Virus record (IMG/VR): IMGVR_UViG_3300017917_005385
Reading direction: 5' to 3' (one strand)
DNA from: an uncultured virus (IMG/VR IMGVR_UViG_3300017917_005385)
Lineage: Duplodnaviria > Heunggongvirae > Uroviricota > Caudoviricetes
Length of the DNA stretch: 64,000 nt
In this document: positions 1 through 10,023 of the stretch, one piece after another
Position numbering within the stretch: the stretch's first letter is position 1
How the letters are laid out: the number at the start of each line of letters is the position of its first letter
Notes under the pieces: generated by a model
The model's input: the letters and a program-made list of their open reading frames with translations, nothing else
The model's database searches: none
Told to the model about the DNA's origin: nothing
Translations under genes and position numbers: made by a program

Positions 1-1
1 C

Positions 2-1105
2 TCAACTGATTATGAAATCGATGGATTAATTATAGAGTTAAATGATCTTAGTTTACAAAAGCAATTAGGTCGTGAAACTTCATCTAATAACCCTTGCTAT
101 GCAAGAGCATTCAAACATCCAAGTTTTGAACAGTCCGCTGAAACTGAAATCATCGGTATTTCTTGGAATATTTCTAAGCAAGGCTATCTAAAACCAACAC
201 TACATATTAACCCTGTTCGTTTAGATGGTGTTACTGTGTCTAATGTAACTGGTAACAATGCTCGTTTTGTAAAAGACCTAGGAATTGGAGTTGGTGCAAA
301 AGTTGTAGTAAAGAGAAGTGGTATGGTTATTCCCATTATTGCTGATGTTATTACACCTGTTGAGTTTCAAATGCCTAACGTTGATAATATCGACTGGAAT
401 GAGAATGGTGTTGAGTTAGTAACTCTTGTTGAAACTGACGACCAAAAACTTAAAAAGATTGTTGCCTTCTTTGAAATCCTAGAAGCAGACAATGTGTCAG
501 AAGGCGTTATCACTCAACTTTGGGAAGCTGGTCACAAAACAATCAAAGATATTCTTAATCTTAAAAAAGAAGATTTAGAAAAGATTGACCGTTTTGGAAA
601 ACGTAAAGCCGAAATCGTCTATAACTCAATTCAAAAATCTATTACTGGTGTTCAACTTTCTAAAGTTCAACACGCTACCGGTATCTTTAAAGGTCTTGGT
701 AGTAAGAAACTGGCTTTACTTGAACATTTCACAACTAAACCAAGTTTAGACCAAGTGATGTCTATTGAGGGATTTGCTGAAGTTTCTGCTAAATCATATA
801 TTGATAGTTATGATGTGTACTTTGACTTTGTTAAAGACTTACCAATCACTATTGAAGAAAAAGTAAAAGCTGTTGCTGTTGGAACCGACCTAGAAGGTAA
901 ACAATTTGTATTCACCGGTGTTCGTAGAGCTGACTTGGAATCAGTTATCGAATCTCGTGGTGGTAAGATTGGTTCTGGTGTTAGTAAAAATACAACACAC
1001 CTTGTGATGAAATCTGTTGGTTCTGGCTCTTCTAAAGAAAAGAAAGCAATTGAATTAGGAGTTGAAGTTATTACTGTTGAACAATTAGAAAATTTATTAG
1101 CATAA
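2..1105 (+). CDS. ligA: NAD-dependent DNA ligase, 5' end outside the window
   Basis: Frame open from position 2 (DYEIDGLII motif), OB-fold KRSGMVIP, HhH repeats, C-terminal BRCT (FVFTG...GGK...VSKNTTHLV). Confidence 0.93.
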   Translation, partial: STDYEIDGLIIELNDLSLQKQLGRETSSNNPCYARAFKHPSFEQSAETEIIGISWNISKQGYLKPTLHINPVRLDGVTVSNVTGNNARFVKDLGIGVGAKVVVKRSGMVIPIIADVITPVEFQMPNVDNIDWNENGVELVTLVETDDQKLKKIVAFFEILEADNVSEGVITQLWEAGHKTIKDILNLKKEDLEKIDRFGKRKAEIVYNSIQKSITGVQLSKVQHATGIFKGLGSKKLALLEHFTTKPSLDQVMSIEGFAEVSAKSYIDSYDVYFDFVKDLPITIEEKVKAVAVGTDLEGKQFVFTGVRRADLESVIESRGGKIGSGVSKNTTHLVMKSVGSGSSKEKKAIELGVEVITVEQLENLLA

Positions 1106-1108
1106 TTT

Positions 1109-1450
1109 ATGTCACTAATACATCATTTAGGAAAAGCGGAGACCTCTCAAGAAGGCGTGAATGATTTAGTAAAAGATTTAGAAACTTGTGTACAAACACT
1201 TGAGAATATCAATAGTATTCTAAAAGGTTCAAAATCAAGTGGAAGATCATATGTAGAAACTGAAGTCAATAAAAAAATTGAAGATGGTATATTAGATTCA
1301 ATTCATAATGCTAATAATCACCAATTAAGTGTTATATTAAATGGTGGCTATAGATTCAGATTTTATACTGAATTGAATAATAAAGAAACATTAAGAAACG
1401 AAATACAAAAAAGATTAAGAGATAACAAATTAAAAGAATTAGGACTATGA
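1109..1450 (+). CDS. hypothetical protein with C-terminal RDNKLKELGL motif
   Basis: ORF tightly packed in operon; recurrent C-terminal motif. Confidence 0.7.
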   Translation: MSLIHHLGKAETSQEGVNDLVKDLETCVQTLENINSILKGSKSSGRSYVETEVNKKIEDGILDSIHNANNHQLSVILNGGYRFRFYTELNNKETLRNEIQKRLRDNKLKELGL

Positions 1451-1830
1451 TATTTTTAGGAATTTTAATAGGATTTATTTTAGGTCTTCCAATTGGATTT
1501 ATTAAGTGGAAGAAAAAACAAGAACCTGTTGTTGAGAAATATACAAGACGAGGTTTATTAGGTAAAGAATTTAGCGTAACTGATGGTATAACCGGTAGAA
1601 AAAGCACAGTTGAGTGTAACTTTGAAATTGGTGAATTAGAATCAACAGATACTCTTTCAAAAATTGAAGTAATATTTGTTAAATCAAATCAATCTGAATA
1701 TAACACAGACTCTAATAAAAAGAGATTGATTGATATGATTGACAATACTTGGGTTAACTCCAAGGATATTATGTGGATTACAACTACGGCTGATGTTAGA
1801 AACAAAAAAATAGACCAAGTTTTAAATTAA
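1447..1830 (+). CDS. hypothetical membrane-anchored protein with C-terminal RNKKIDQVLN motif
   Basis: N-terminal hydrophobic helix; ATGA overlap with previous gene. Confidence 0.7.
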   Translation: MIFLGILIGFILGLPIGFIKWKKKQEPVVEKYTRRGLLGKEFSVTDGITGRKSTVECNFEIGELESTDTLSKIEVIFVKSNQSEYNTDSNKKRLIDMIDNTWVNSKDIMWITTTADVRNKKIDQVLN

Positions 1831-1831
1831 T

Positions 1832-2284
1832 ATGGACAAACAAAAACTAGATAATATATTTAGTTATCTACCACCCTCACTTGATAAGGTTAAAGATAAA
1901 CTATATGAGAATGGTGATGAAGTTGGTCTTAAAACTGGTTATGAGCCTTATATTCAACACACACCAGAAGTGGTAGAAGAAGTACAGGCGACATTTATAG
2001 AACTATGTGTAAAAGAAGGTGTTTTACCTGAGAAGTTTTTAGAAGGTAAAATTCATCGTCAAGGTATTATCGGTAGATATTTAGATGATTCTGGTTCTGG
2101 TACTTATAAATATTGGCATAGATTTATGTGTATTGATGAAAAGTATCGTGAGTGGGAACAGCCTTATTATGCAATAAACATTGAGAAAGAAGGAAAAAAT
2201 TTTACTGGAGTTTGTATTAACACTTTATCACCAGATTTAGTGACATTCTTTAGAGACCAAAAAATTAAAGAGTTACTATCATGA
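1832..2284 (+). CDS. hypothetical protein with C-terminal RDQKIKELLS motif
   Basis: ORF in operon. Confidence 0.7.
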   Translation: MDKQKLDNIFSYLPPSLDKVKDKLYENGDEVGLKTGYEPYIQHTPEVVEEVQATFIELCVKEGVLPEKFLEGKIHRQGIIGRYLDDSGSGTYKYWHRFMCIDEKYREWEQPYYAINIEKEGKNFTGVCINTLSPDLVTFFRDQKIKELLS

Positions 2285-2586
2285 AATTTGAAGAAGTTAA
2301 ATTTCCACATATAAAGTATATTTCTGAAATCCAAGATAAACCTGAAACAGAAAGTACTCTTTATTATCTTGGTGGTGAACCTGAAGAAAACCATTCAAGA
2401 TTGACTATAGGTAAAAAATATATTGTCAGAACTGCATCATACTCACCCACATCTGATGTTGAGAGAGTTAGTGTGTGGACATGTTCTGATGATGAAAATA
2501 AAGGAAAATTATGTAGGATAAATCTAGATAATTTTGGTACCTTTGCAGATGTTCGTAATAATAAAATCAATCAAATAATCAATTAG
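2281..2586 (+). CDS. hypothetical protein with C-terminal RNNKINQIIN motif
   Basis: ATGA overlap with previous gene. Confidence 0.7.
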   Translation: MKFEEVKFPHIKYISEIQDKPETESTLYYLGGEPEENHSRLTIGKKYIVRTASYSPTSDVERVSVWTCSDDENKGKLCRINLDNFGTFADVRNNKINQIIN

Positions 2587-2620
2587 TGAATTAAAATTAA
2601 AATACCTATAAACAATAAAC

Positions 2621-3397
2621 ATGAATTACAATCCGGTCAAACAAACAAAAAATTATGAAAAAAACAACACAACAGAGCCAACTTTTGCTGATATATATAA
2701 TATAAATTATTCGGGTGAGCAATCACCATTAAAGGCAAAAAACGGCAATATTGAGGATGAACTAATGACTCCTCAACCAAAAAATGAACGGCAAATTATG
2801 GAATCGAAGGCGATTTTATTTAGCGAACAAGAAAAAATCTTTAGAGAAAGAACGGGTAAGGATTTCTCTACACTTTACACAAAGTATTACCCAAAATTAG
2901 TTTATTTTACTTCAAAAATTACTAATGACCCTCAAAAAGCCGAAGACATCTCAACAGACTCATTCATGGCGGCTTTTGAAAAAATTGAGAAATATGAAAA
3001 AGAAAAATCTCAATTTTCTACCTGGCTATTTACAATAGCAAAAAACTTAGCACTTCAAGATCTTAAAAGCGAAAAGAAAACTATGTCTCTTGACATTGAG
3101 TTTGATGATGAAGGTACAACTATGAAAGACTTTATCCAAGAAGAGGATAATGACAATCATTTACATGAAATTCATGCTAAAAAGGCTGAGATCATGAAAA
3201 GACACATATCAAACCTGAAAAGTCCATATCGTGATGTTATTGAAATGAGAGAGCTTAAAAGAATGTCATATAAAGATATTTCTGATAAATTAAATCTTAA
3301 CCTATCAACTGTAAAATCTCAAATTAGAAATGGAAGAGCTATATTAGTTCGTGAAACTAAGAAAGAGTTTGATGCAATTGATGAAATGCTAATGTAA
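2621..3397 (+). CDS. ECF-type sigma-70 family RNA polymerase sigma factor (true start may be downstream)
   Basis: Region 2 (AEDI...F...QFSTWLFTIAKN) and region 4 HTH (MSYKDISDKLNLNLSTVKSQIRNGR). Confidence 0.88.
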   Translation: MNYNPVKQTKNYEKNNTTEPTFADIYNINYSGEQSPLKAKNGNIEDELMTPQPKNERQIMESKAILFSEQEKIFRERTGKDFSTLYTKYYPKLVYFTSKITNDPQKAEDISTDSFMAAFEKIEKYEKEKSQFSTWLFTIAKNLALQDLKSEKKTMSLDIEFDDEGTTMKDFIQEEDNDNHLHEIHAKKAEIMKRHISNLKSPYRDVIEMRELKRMSYKDISDKLNLNLSTVKSQIRNGRAILVRETKKEFDAIDEMLM

Positions 3398-4711
3398 ATG
3401 AACATAGAATCTTTAGGAAGACAGGCTATAGAAAGAATCAAATCTGAATGGGGTTTACCACTACATGGATTTGTTGCTGGTGGTGCCATAGCAAACATTG
3501 TTTGGGAATTGGTATCCGGCAATAAAGCAATTGTAAATGATATTGATATCTTTGTATTTGATGGTTTTGAAGAAAAACTAGACACTGAAAAGAAGTCGTT
3601 ATTCAACTATCAAGAAAAAGAAACAAAGTATTATGAGGATTATGGTGGAATGAATTTTAGTAATTACACCAAAGATTTTTATTCTATAGTCGAGTCTGAA
3701 AGAGATGAAATGTTTAACACTATTAGATACAAGTCAAATACATCAGACCCATCTTTAATCATTAAGTCATTTGACATTAACGCAACTAGAATTGGCTATG
3801 ATATTGATAATGATAAATTATACTGGACTTCTGAGTTTGAAGAGTTTTTAAAGACTGGTGAACTAATGGTTTCTAATTTAATGACACCATCACATACAGC
3901 TGTTCGTATAGCTAAAAAATCTAAAGAGTTAAAAGCTAAACTCGATGAGTTTGAATTTAAATTGCTTCAATATGCTCTTTCTTATCGTTTTATAGACAGA
4001 ATTAAACTAAGATTCAGAGAAAGATATTTAGAAATGTGTAGAGAACACAAAGATATATTATCTAACTATTTTCAACTTTCAAGAGATTTAGAAGCCGAAG
4101 ATTTTGTAAAACAAAAAACTGGAGAAGATGTGGAACTTTATTATCTAGTCTCAATTGATAGTGAAAAAGAAGTAAAAGAGGTTTCTTTAGTTGGTGATTT
4201 TGAAAAACTTGTTTACAATAGTTTACCAAAGATTTTTCAAGATGATAATCTTAATAGAATATTTAAGTCAACTGATTTTCTTTTTTATATGAGGAACATC
4301 TATAATAAAGAAAAAAATATTAAAGACTTATGGTCTAAGCTATACTATTTCTTTGATAATGTTCATTATATAGACAGAGAGATAAGTAACGAAGATATGG
4401 AATTACTTGAAAGGTTTTCTAAATATGCTCCTGACTCTATTGAAAATCTAAAAGGATTAAAGATGTCAGAACAAATTGATATTATCAAAAAGTTTTTAGA
4501 CACTTTTAAAGAGGATCCACTTATAGCAATTTCAATCTTAGAAAGTGTTAAAGTAGATAAAGATATTATACTCGATGAGCAAACAATGTTATTACTAGAG
4601 CTCTCTGTTAGAAAAAAGATTATTAATGATACAAGAGGTAAAGTTAATAAAATACTTAACATTGAAGAAGTTGTAGATAAAAACAATAGTAATAATATTT
4701 GGGAATTCTAA
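3398..4711 (+). CDS. nucleotidyltransferase with tRNA CCA-adding/poly(A) polymerase-like head domain
   Basis: FVAGGAI...DIDIF catalytic motif; FDINATRIGYD resembles the RDFTINA..D motif. Confidence 0.6.
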   Translation: MNIESLGRQAIERIKSEWGLPLHGFVAGGAIANIVWELVSGNKAIVNDIDIFVFDGFEEKLDTEKKSLFNYQEKETKYYEDYGGMNFSNYTKDFYSIVESERDEMFNTIRYKSNTSDPSLIIKSFDINATRIGYDIDNDKLYWTSEFEEFLKTGELMVSNLMTPSHTAVRIAKKSKELKAKLDEFEFKLLQYALSYRFIDRIKLRFRERYLEMCREHKDILSNYFQLSRDLEAEDFVKQKTGEDVELYYLVSIDSEKEVKEVSLVGDFEKLVYNSLPKIFQDDNLNRIFKSTDFLFYMRNIYNKEKNIKDLWSKLYYFFDNVHYIDREISNEDMELLERFSKYAPDSIENLKGLKMSEQIDIIKKFLDTFKEDPLIAISILESVKVDKDIILDEQTMLLLELSVRKKIINDTRGKVNKILNIEEVVDKNNSNNIWEF

Positions 4712-4755
4712 ACATTTATAGAAAAAGTTAATATAAAATAAAAAATAAAAAGAAT

Positions 4756-5079
4756 ATGGTATCATATATTACTGAATTGAATGAGAACAACTATGATGAA
4801 TTTGTAAGTGAAGGCATTGTTCTTGTTGACGTTTGGGCCACATGGTGTGGACCTTGTAAGGCAATCGCTCCGATAATCGATCAAATATCTAATGAATATT
4901 TAGGTAAAATTAAAGTTGGTAAATGCGATGCTGATGCTAACAGAGATAAAGTTATGTCATTAGGTGTTAGAAACATTCCAACTTTATTCCTTTACAAAGA
5001 TGGTCAAATAGTTGACCAAATGAGCGGTGGTGGCGCTAAGTCTAAATTTACTGATTTTATTGATAAACATTTAGCTTAA
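4756..5079 (+). CDS. trxA: thioredoxin
   Basis: WCGPC active site, 107 aa. Confidence 0.95.
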   Translation: MVSYITELNENNYDEFVSEGIVLVDVWATWCGPCKAIAPIIDQISNEYLGKIKVGKCDADANRDKVMSLGVRNIPTLFLYKDGQIVDQMSGGGAKSKFTDFIDKHLA

Positions 5080-5651
5080 TGTTATCTTACCAAGATATTT
5101 TAAATCTTATTAAAGAATCTGATTTCACACTTGTTGGTTATACCTTCAAGGATGAAAGAATTAAAGATGAATTACTTTCTAATTTTAACTATGTTGAGAT
5201 TGAAAAAGTCAATTCGTCTTTTTCTTTTAAATCATTTTTAAGAGACCTTAAACTAGAATCTTTATTAGAAAATAAGTCTGTAAAAAATCCAGAGTATATT
5301 CTTTTAGATATTAATAATATAAGATTTGAAGAAAAGGATAGTTTAGGTGGTAGACAAAGAGTTATTAGAAGTTTTGTTGAAAATCTTAGAAGTCAATTAT
5401 ATACAGATTATTCTGAATTTCCTGGAAGTTCTCAATTTAAAGTTATTCTAACATCTTCTTTATATAGAAGTGGTGTAAATTCTAATAATGATGGTATTAA
5501 TAATTTCAGTGGGGGAAGTGGTCCAATTTATTCTTCTGATTTAGCTTTGACTATAATTGATAATAAGATTACAATAATCAAGAATAGATTTGGCAACAAT
5601 GGTGATGAAATAGTATATAAATTTCAAGAAAATTTAACTACATTTGCATAA
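5079..5651 (+). CDS. hypothetical protein, C-terminus weakly like DnaB/RecA-fold helicase end
   Basis: SDLAL...IIKNRFG; no Walker A motif visible. Confidence 0.5.
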   Translation: MLSYQDILNLIKESDFTLVGYTFKDERIKDELLSNFNYVEIEKVNSSFSFKSFLRDLKLESLLENKSVKNPEYILLDINNIRFEEKDSLGGRQRVIRSFVENLRSQLYTDYSEFPGSSQFKVILTSSLYRSGVNSNNDGINNFSGGSGPIYSSDLALTIIDNKITIIKNRFGNNGDEIVYKFQENLTTFA

Positions 5652-6085
5652 TGAAAATTACAACAAATAGAAAAGCATATTACGAGTATTTTGTGTTGGA
5701 AGAATTCAACGCAGGAATTATGCTATTAGGTAGTGAAGTTAAATCTATTCGTGATGGTAACGTAACCATTACAGACTGTTTTGCTTATATTTCAAATGGT
5801 GAAATTTTCGTAAAGAATATGAAAGTTGCTAAATACAAACAAACTCATATTTTTGAAAAGCATGATGAAAATCGTGATAAAAAAATTCTTCTTAATAGAA
5901 AAGAGATAGATAAAATAGAAAAACTTTTACAAGATAAAGGTACAACTATGGTTCCTTTAGAAATATTTACCTCACATAATAGAATCAAAGTTAAGATTGG
6001 TGTTGTAAAAGGCAAGAAGCTATACGATAAAAGAGAAACTATTAAAAAGAGAGATATCGAAAGAGAAATCCGCCGTAGCGTCTAA
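5651..6085 (+). CDS. smpB: SsrA-binding protein SmpB
   Basis: NRKAYYEY..AGIMLLGSEVKSIR...GKKLYDKRE. Confidence 0.95.
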   Translation: MKITTNRKAYYEYFVLEEFNAGIMLLGSEVKSIRDGNVTITDCFAYISNGEIFVKNMKVAKYKQTHIFEKHDENRDKKILLNRKEIDKIEKLLQDKGTTMVPLEIFTSHNRIKVKIGVVKGKKLYDKRETIKKRDIEREIRRSV

Positions 6086-6088
6086 TAT

Positions 6089-6457
6089 ATGCCTCGTAAA
6101 CCAAAAGATATTGGTCCTTTATTGGATAAGTTAAGTAACTCATTTACTGAAGAAGATATACTCAGTTGTCTTATAGAACTTGTAAAAGGTTACGAACCAT
6201 ATAAATATAGAGAGATTATTTATAATAATCCATATTATAAATCTTTAATACCTGATATACAGATTGATATAATTAATAATTTAGAAGACGTTAAAAAATC
6301 AATAGTTAAAGAAATTGATCAGATTGAGTCAGAACTTAAAAAGATTGGAAACAAAGATTCATCTGAGCAACTAAAAAATCTTAAAAAAGATTGTTTATCA
6401 TTGATATATGAAATAGATGAAAGGAAAAAAGAAATAGAAATGTTATCTAAGTATTGA
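6089..6457 (+). CDS. hypothetical coiled-coil protein
   Basis: ORF 3 nt after smpB. Confidence 0.6.
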   Translation: MPRKPKDIGPLLDKLSNSFTEEDILSCLIELVKGYEPYKYREIIYNNPYYKSLIPDIQIDIINNLEDVKKSIVKEIDQIESELKKIGNKDSSEQLKNLKKDCLSLIYEIDERKKEIEMLSKY

Positions 6458-8071
6458 ATCTACATATCTTTCTAAGTCTTTAAGTTTTACCATATTCTCA
6501 GCTGTTCTCTTATCACCTTCCTCATATGAGTTAATATAGTATTGAATATCCTCTGGATAATGAAATTCATTTATAATACTTCTTAAAGTTCCTGAAATTT
6601 CAAACTCATTAGTTCTTGATATTTTAAGAATAGACTCTAATTTTATAAGAATCATTCTTAAATCTTGAATTGTTTCAATTTTCTGATTTTTTAAGTATGT
6701 TAATATTTTTTCACTTATTTTATTTACAGATTTAAATTGTTCTTTTATCTCAGGCGAATCACACTTTTCAATTAAAGAAATACACTTTTGATATCTATTC
6801 GTGTAATCCATACTATTAGAATATAATCTTTTATATCTACTCTTAGCTTGTTCTAGATAGTACTTTTTATCTTCTATTAATTCACTTCTAATAGAATTAT
6901 ATAAATTACCTAATATATACTCAGTTTCTTCTAAATTAGGTCTTGATTTGAATATAGAGATAAAGGCAAACTTACCACAAACATTCTTTATAATAATATT
7001 TTGCAAATCTTTAATTTCAGCAGTATCTATATTTATAGTTTTAGAAACAACTTGTGTTAAATATCTTTCTATATTTTGACTCTTTATTTGCTCATCAGAC
7101 ATTAAACCTAAGGCGCCTTCCTTAGACTCTTCTCTTCCTTTTTTTGTCAAAGAAACAGGAGTTAATCCGGATTTTAATAAATCATCTATAGTTAAAACAA
7201 CAGCAAAATCGGCTTTATCTATATCTTCGCTACTGCTAATTGACCAATCATAATCACTCCAACTTCCATAAGTAAATCTTGAATTTGATGGTAAGTTATA
7301 GTCTAAAGGATTTTCTGAATTTTCTTTTTTAACTTCTAAACCTTCTACCTCAATTGGCTCATCGGATGGTATATAGATGTGTAATTTATGATGGTCGCTA
7401 CCTGGTGAATGAACACTATCAAGTGACCAAGAATATCTAAACTTATCACCATCTAACCACTCTCTCCAATTTACATTATCTACATCATAATCTGGTTCTC
7501 CTCCACCTGCAACATTTTGAATAGCAAATATTTGACTTCCATCTCTCCAAAGTTTAGCCATTGCTAATCTACTCATATCATCTGAATCATCTGAAAAAAT
7601 ACCAAAAATAATTTGACCGTGTCTTAAATCTTCGTAATTCTTTAATGGTTTTAATAAACCTGTTTTGACACCTAAATCATTCTTAATATAATCTAACTCT
7701 TGTGAACTGAAAATATCACCACCACTTCTCCTTCTTCTATCCATTGACTCTCTGTAGTTTATAACTTTATTACCAGTGACAGTGAATCCTAAATATCCTT
7801 TCTCTATTGAAAACCAAAATTTAAGACAGTATATACCTTTTGAGTTATTCACTTCTTCGGTATTTTTAAGTTTTAATGCCTTGAATCTATTTACATACTT
7901 AACATTTTCATCTTTTATATCACTGATAGGTATATCAAGTTCCTGTTGCATCTTTAATAGTTTATTCTTAAATCTATCAACCGATTGTTTATCTACTTTA
8001 GTTTTAAGATACTTAATAACTTTAGAAATTGTAGATGACTCAAAAGCCTCGTATAATTTTAGATATTTCAT
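6443..8071 (-). CDS. hypothetical protein with MKYLKLYEAF N-terminus, possible virion/internal protein
   Basis: 542 aa ORF; AATATATA motif just upstream. Confidence 0.7.
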   Translation of the reverse strand: MKYLKLYEAFESSTISKVIKYLKTKVDKQSVDRFKNKLLKMQQELDIPISDIKDENVKYVNRFKALKLKNTEEVNNSKGIYCLKFWFSIEKGYLGFTVTGNKVINYRESMDRRRRSGGDIFSSQELDYIKNDLGVKTGLLKPLKNYEDLRHGQIIFGIFSDDSDDMSRLAMAKLWRDGSQIFAIQNVAGGGEPDYDVDNVNWREWLDGDKFRYSWSLDSVHSPGSDHHKLHIYIPSDEPIEVEGLEVKKENSENPLDYNLPSNSRFTYGSWSDYDWSISSSEDIDKADFAVVLTIDDLLKSGLTPVSLTKKGREESKEGALGLMSDEQIKSQNIERYLTQVVSKTINIDTAEIKDLQNIIIKNVCGKFAFISIFKSRPNLEETEYILGNLYNSIRSELIEDKKYYLEQAKSRYKRLYSNSMDYTNRYQKCISLIEKCDSPEIKEQFKSVNKISEKILTYLKNQKIETIQDLRMILIKLESILKISRTNEFEISGTLRSIINEFHYPEDIQYYINSYEEGDKRTAENMVKLKDLERYVDSILR

Positions 8072-8134
8072 ATCATATATATTAAAAATTATTTGGTAAA
8101 ATAAAACTTTATTACTACTTTTGTATAAGAATTA

Positions 8135-8550
8135 ACCAAGTCATTAAGATAAGAGTCTTCAAAAGACAAGCTTTTTGCTTCACAGTTATGATATAATGAA
8201 TAAAGTGTGAGTCTTAATGAAATTATGGTAGTAAGTAGGTGACAAATAAGTTAACACCCTTGTTAAAAATCACTGAACTACCTCGTATTAATATACTATG
8301 ATAAAAATGAAGGGTGTAGATATGAAATCGAGTTGGTGATAAATATCTCAATAACTAATGAATAAACCCAACTCAAAGAAGATTTTACCGAGCAGAATGG
8401 TAACACTGCTCAACCAAGGCGATGAGCCATTAAAAGGTAATCCTAAGTGATGAGGTCACTAAAAGTCAAGTTCCAGGTTACACATTGTAATTTGGGTAGA
8501 GGTTCTCGGATTCCGACCATTCTTGACAGAAGTTCCAAACTCTTCTTTTT
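8135..8550 (+). ncRNA. candidate large structured non-coding RNA (about 420 nt)
   Basis: ORF-free region after a TTTG/TAnnTTTG promoter; many helices, e.g. 8141-8149/8212-8220, 8254-8261/8310-8317, 8330-8336/8368-8374, 8465-8470/8522-8527. Confidence 0.6.
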
Positions 8551-8576
8551 AATTGAAATTTATTAAAAAACAAAAT

Positions 8577-8981
8577 ATGACACTGAAAGAAAAAATTAAT
8601 GCTGACTTTATGACAGCATTTAAGTCAAAGAACATGGTAGCAAAGAGTATCCTTTCTGTTGTAAAGGGTGAGATTCAAACTGTTGAGAAAAACACTGGTT
8701 CAGATAATCTTTCAGATGCTGAGGTAACTAAGATCCTAACAAAAACTGTTAAGTCTCTTAAAGAAACTATTGCTCTGGCAAATGATGAAAAATCTAAACT
8801 TGAATTAGAAGTTCTTGAGGTATATCTACCAAAACAAATGTCCAAGGAAGAAGTTACTTCTAAGGTAAATGAGTTAGTTGGTTTAGGTATCACTCAAATC
8901 GGTGCTATTATGAAGGAGTTTGCTTCATTACCAGCTGATAAAAAAATGGTTTCAGAAGTTATCAAAGAAGTTATCAAATAA
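8577..8981 (+). CDS. GatB/YqeY domain protein
   Basis: LKEKINADFMTAFKSK...ELEVLEVYLPKQMS...IGAIMK. Confidence 0.88.
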   Translation: MTLKEKINADFMTAFKSKNMVAKSILSVVKGEIQTVEKNTGSDNLSDAEVTKILTKTVKSLKETIALANDEKSKLELEVLEVYLPKQMSKEEVTSKVNELVGLGITQIGAIMKEFASLPADKKMVSEVIKEVIK

Positions 8982-9017
8982 TTTGGTAACTTCTGATTTT
9001 ATCCTTATATTTGATAT

Positions 9018-9269
9018 ATGGAAGAGAACAAAATCAAGAAGATATTAGTAGGAGTTTTAATTGTAATCTCTGCCTTTGCATTTTACAATCTTTACTCAAC
9101 AAGAGATTATAAACTAACTGTTTGTAATGGTTCAGGTATAACTTATATGGAAACTTTCATCTATTGTGATTCATTTGAAATGGTTTCTACTAAAGAAGTT
9201 AAATTCTGGATTGACGGTAAAGAACAAACAGTTTTAGCAACTGATTGCGTTAGAGTTGAAACAAATTAA
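9018..9269 (+). CDS. hypothetical membrane-anchored protein
   Basis: N-terminal transmembrane segment; upstream promoter. Confidence 0.6.
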   Translation: MEENKIKKILVGVLIVISAFAFYNLYSTRDYKLTVCNGSGITYMETFIYCDSFEMVSTKEVKFWIDGKEQTVLATDCVRVETN

Positions 9270-9304
9270 GATATATTTTATATAATATAAAAAAATTATA
9301 AAAT

Positions 9305-9517
9305 ATGCCTTATTTAAGAAACAATGGTGTGTACTCAAAAGAAGAGTATGTAGGTAAATCAATTGACGAAGCTAAAAAATATGCCGAACAAGGCGGATTT
9401 ACAATTAGAATAGTTGAAGAAGATGGTAAATCATTTATGTTAACAGCTGATGTTAAATCTGATAGACTGAACTTCAGAGTAACAGGTGGATATGTAACTG
9501 ATGTCTACGGAGGATAA
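9305..9517 (+). CDS. small protein resembling the I78 peptidase inhibitor family
   Basis: YVGKS...RIV...TADVKSDRLNF...V..G pattern. Confidence 0.55.
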   Translation: MPYLRNNGVYSKEEYVGKSIDEAKKYAEQGGFTIRIVEEDGKSFMLTADVKSDRLNFRVTGGYVTDVYGG

Positions 9518-9529
9518 AAAAAATAAAAA

Positions 9530-9675
9530 TATTTGGTGAATTAAAAAAGACACCGTATATTTGTATAACAAAACAAGAAAATAAAAAAAATTCATATAAA
9601 ATTTGGTAAATTTAAAACTTTTTACTAATTTTGTATAAAATAAATCAAAAGAGACAAAAACTTTTTAATATATAA
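9530..9675 (+). promoter_or_regulatory. tandem Bacteroidota-type promoters plus AATATATA motif upstream of tRNA array 1
   Basis: TTTG...TATATTTG (9532-9563), TTTG...TAATTTTG (9602-9633), TTTTTAATATATA; near copies at 33084-33260 and 43808-43880. Confidence 0.75.
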
Positions 9676-9679
9676 ACAA

Positions 9680-9778
9680 ATGAGAACATTTAATACACAT
9701 AAACATTTTAGTAAATCGAATAAGTGGTTTAGCAACCAGTTCGGTACTGAAAGTGTATTGCTCTCAAATAAGATGTAA
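9680..9778 (+). CDS. leader peptide 1 (His/Phe/Lys/Trp): MRTFNTHKHFSKSNKWFSNQFGTESVLLSNKM
   Basis: Short ORF between promoter and terminator; H/F/K/W codons match the downstream tRNAs. Confidence 0.8.
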   Translation: MRTFNTHKHFSKSNKWFSNQFGTESVLLSNKM

Positions 9779-9805
9779 CAAATCTATTTATACAAGACAA
9801 TATTC

Positions 9806-9846
9806 AAAAGTCCGAACTTAACAAAAAGTTCGGACTTTTTTGTTTT
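9806..9846 (+). terminator. attenuator terminator 1
   Basis: AAAAGTCCGAACTT/AAGTTCGGACTTTT stem plus U tract; leader AGTTCGG (9738-9744) complements the 5' arm. Confidence 0.88.
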
Positions 9847-9850
9847 ATAT

Positions 9851-9936
9851 GGTGTCGTTATTGTTAACGGAGAGTCGCAAGACGAGCATCTGGCTCTGTG
9901 AAAGCCAGGGTACGGGTTCGAATCCCGTACGACACC
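9851..9936 (+). tRNA. tRNA-His(GTG), G-1 encoded, hairpin insertion in D-loop
   Basis: Anticodon loop ctGTGaa; C73; TTCGAAT T-loop. Confidence 0.75.
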
Positions 9937-9943
9937 CAAACAA

Positions 9944-10016
9944 GGAACCTAAGCTAATCAGGTGAAAGCACTGGACTGAAAATCCAGGGAGCCCGGATCG
10001 TTACCGGGAGGTTCCA
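9944..10016 (+). tRNA. tRNA-Phe(GAA)
   Basis: ctgga-ctGAAaa-tccag; T-loop ATCGTTA. Confidence 0.85.
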
Positions 10017-10023
10017 CTAAAAT

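Noticed and set aside
8135..8550. tmRNA or RNase P RNA, prompted by nearby smpB and the tRNAs
   Set aside because: No tRNA-Ala-like ends or T arm, and no GAGGAAAGTCC-type P4 motif.
9680..9846. T-box riboswitches as the explanation for the tRNA-array leaders
   Set aside because: No T-box TGGNACCGCG consensus or long stem I; the leaders contain translatable ORFs with clustered cognate codons instead.
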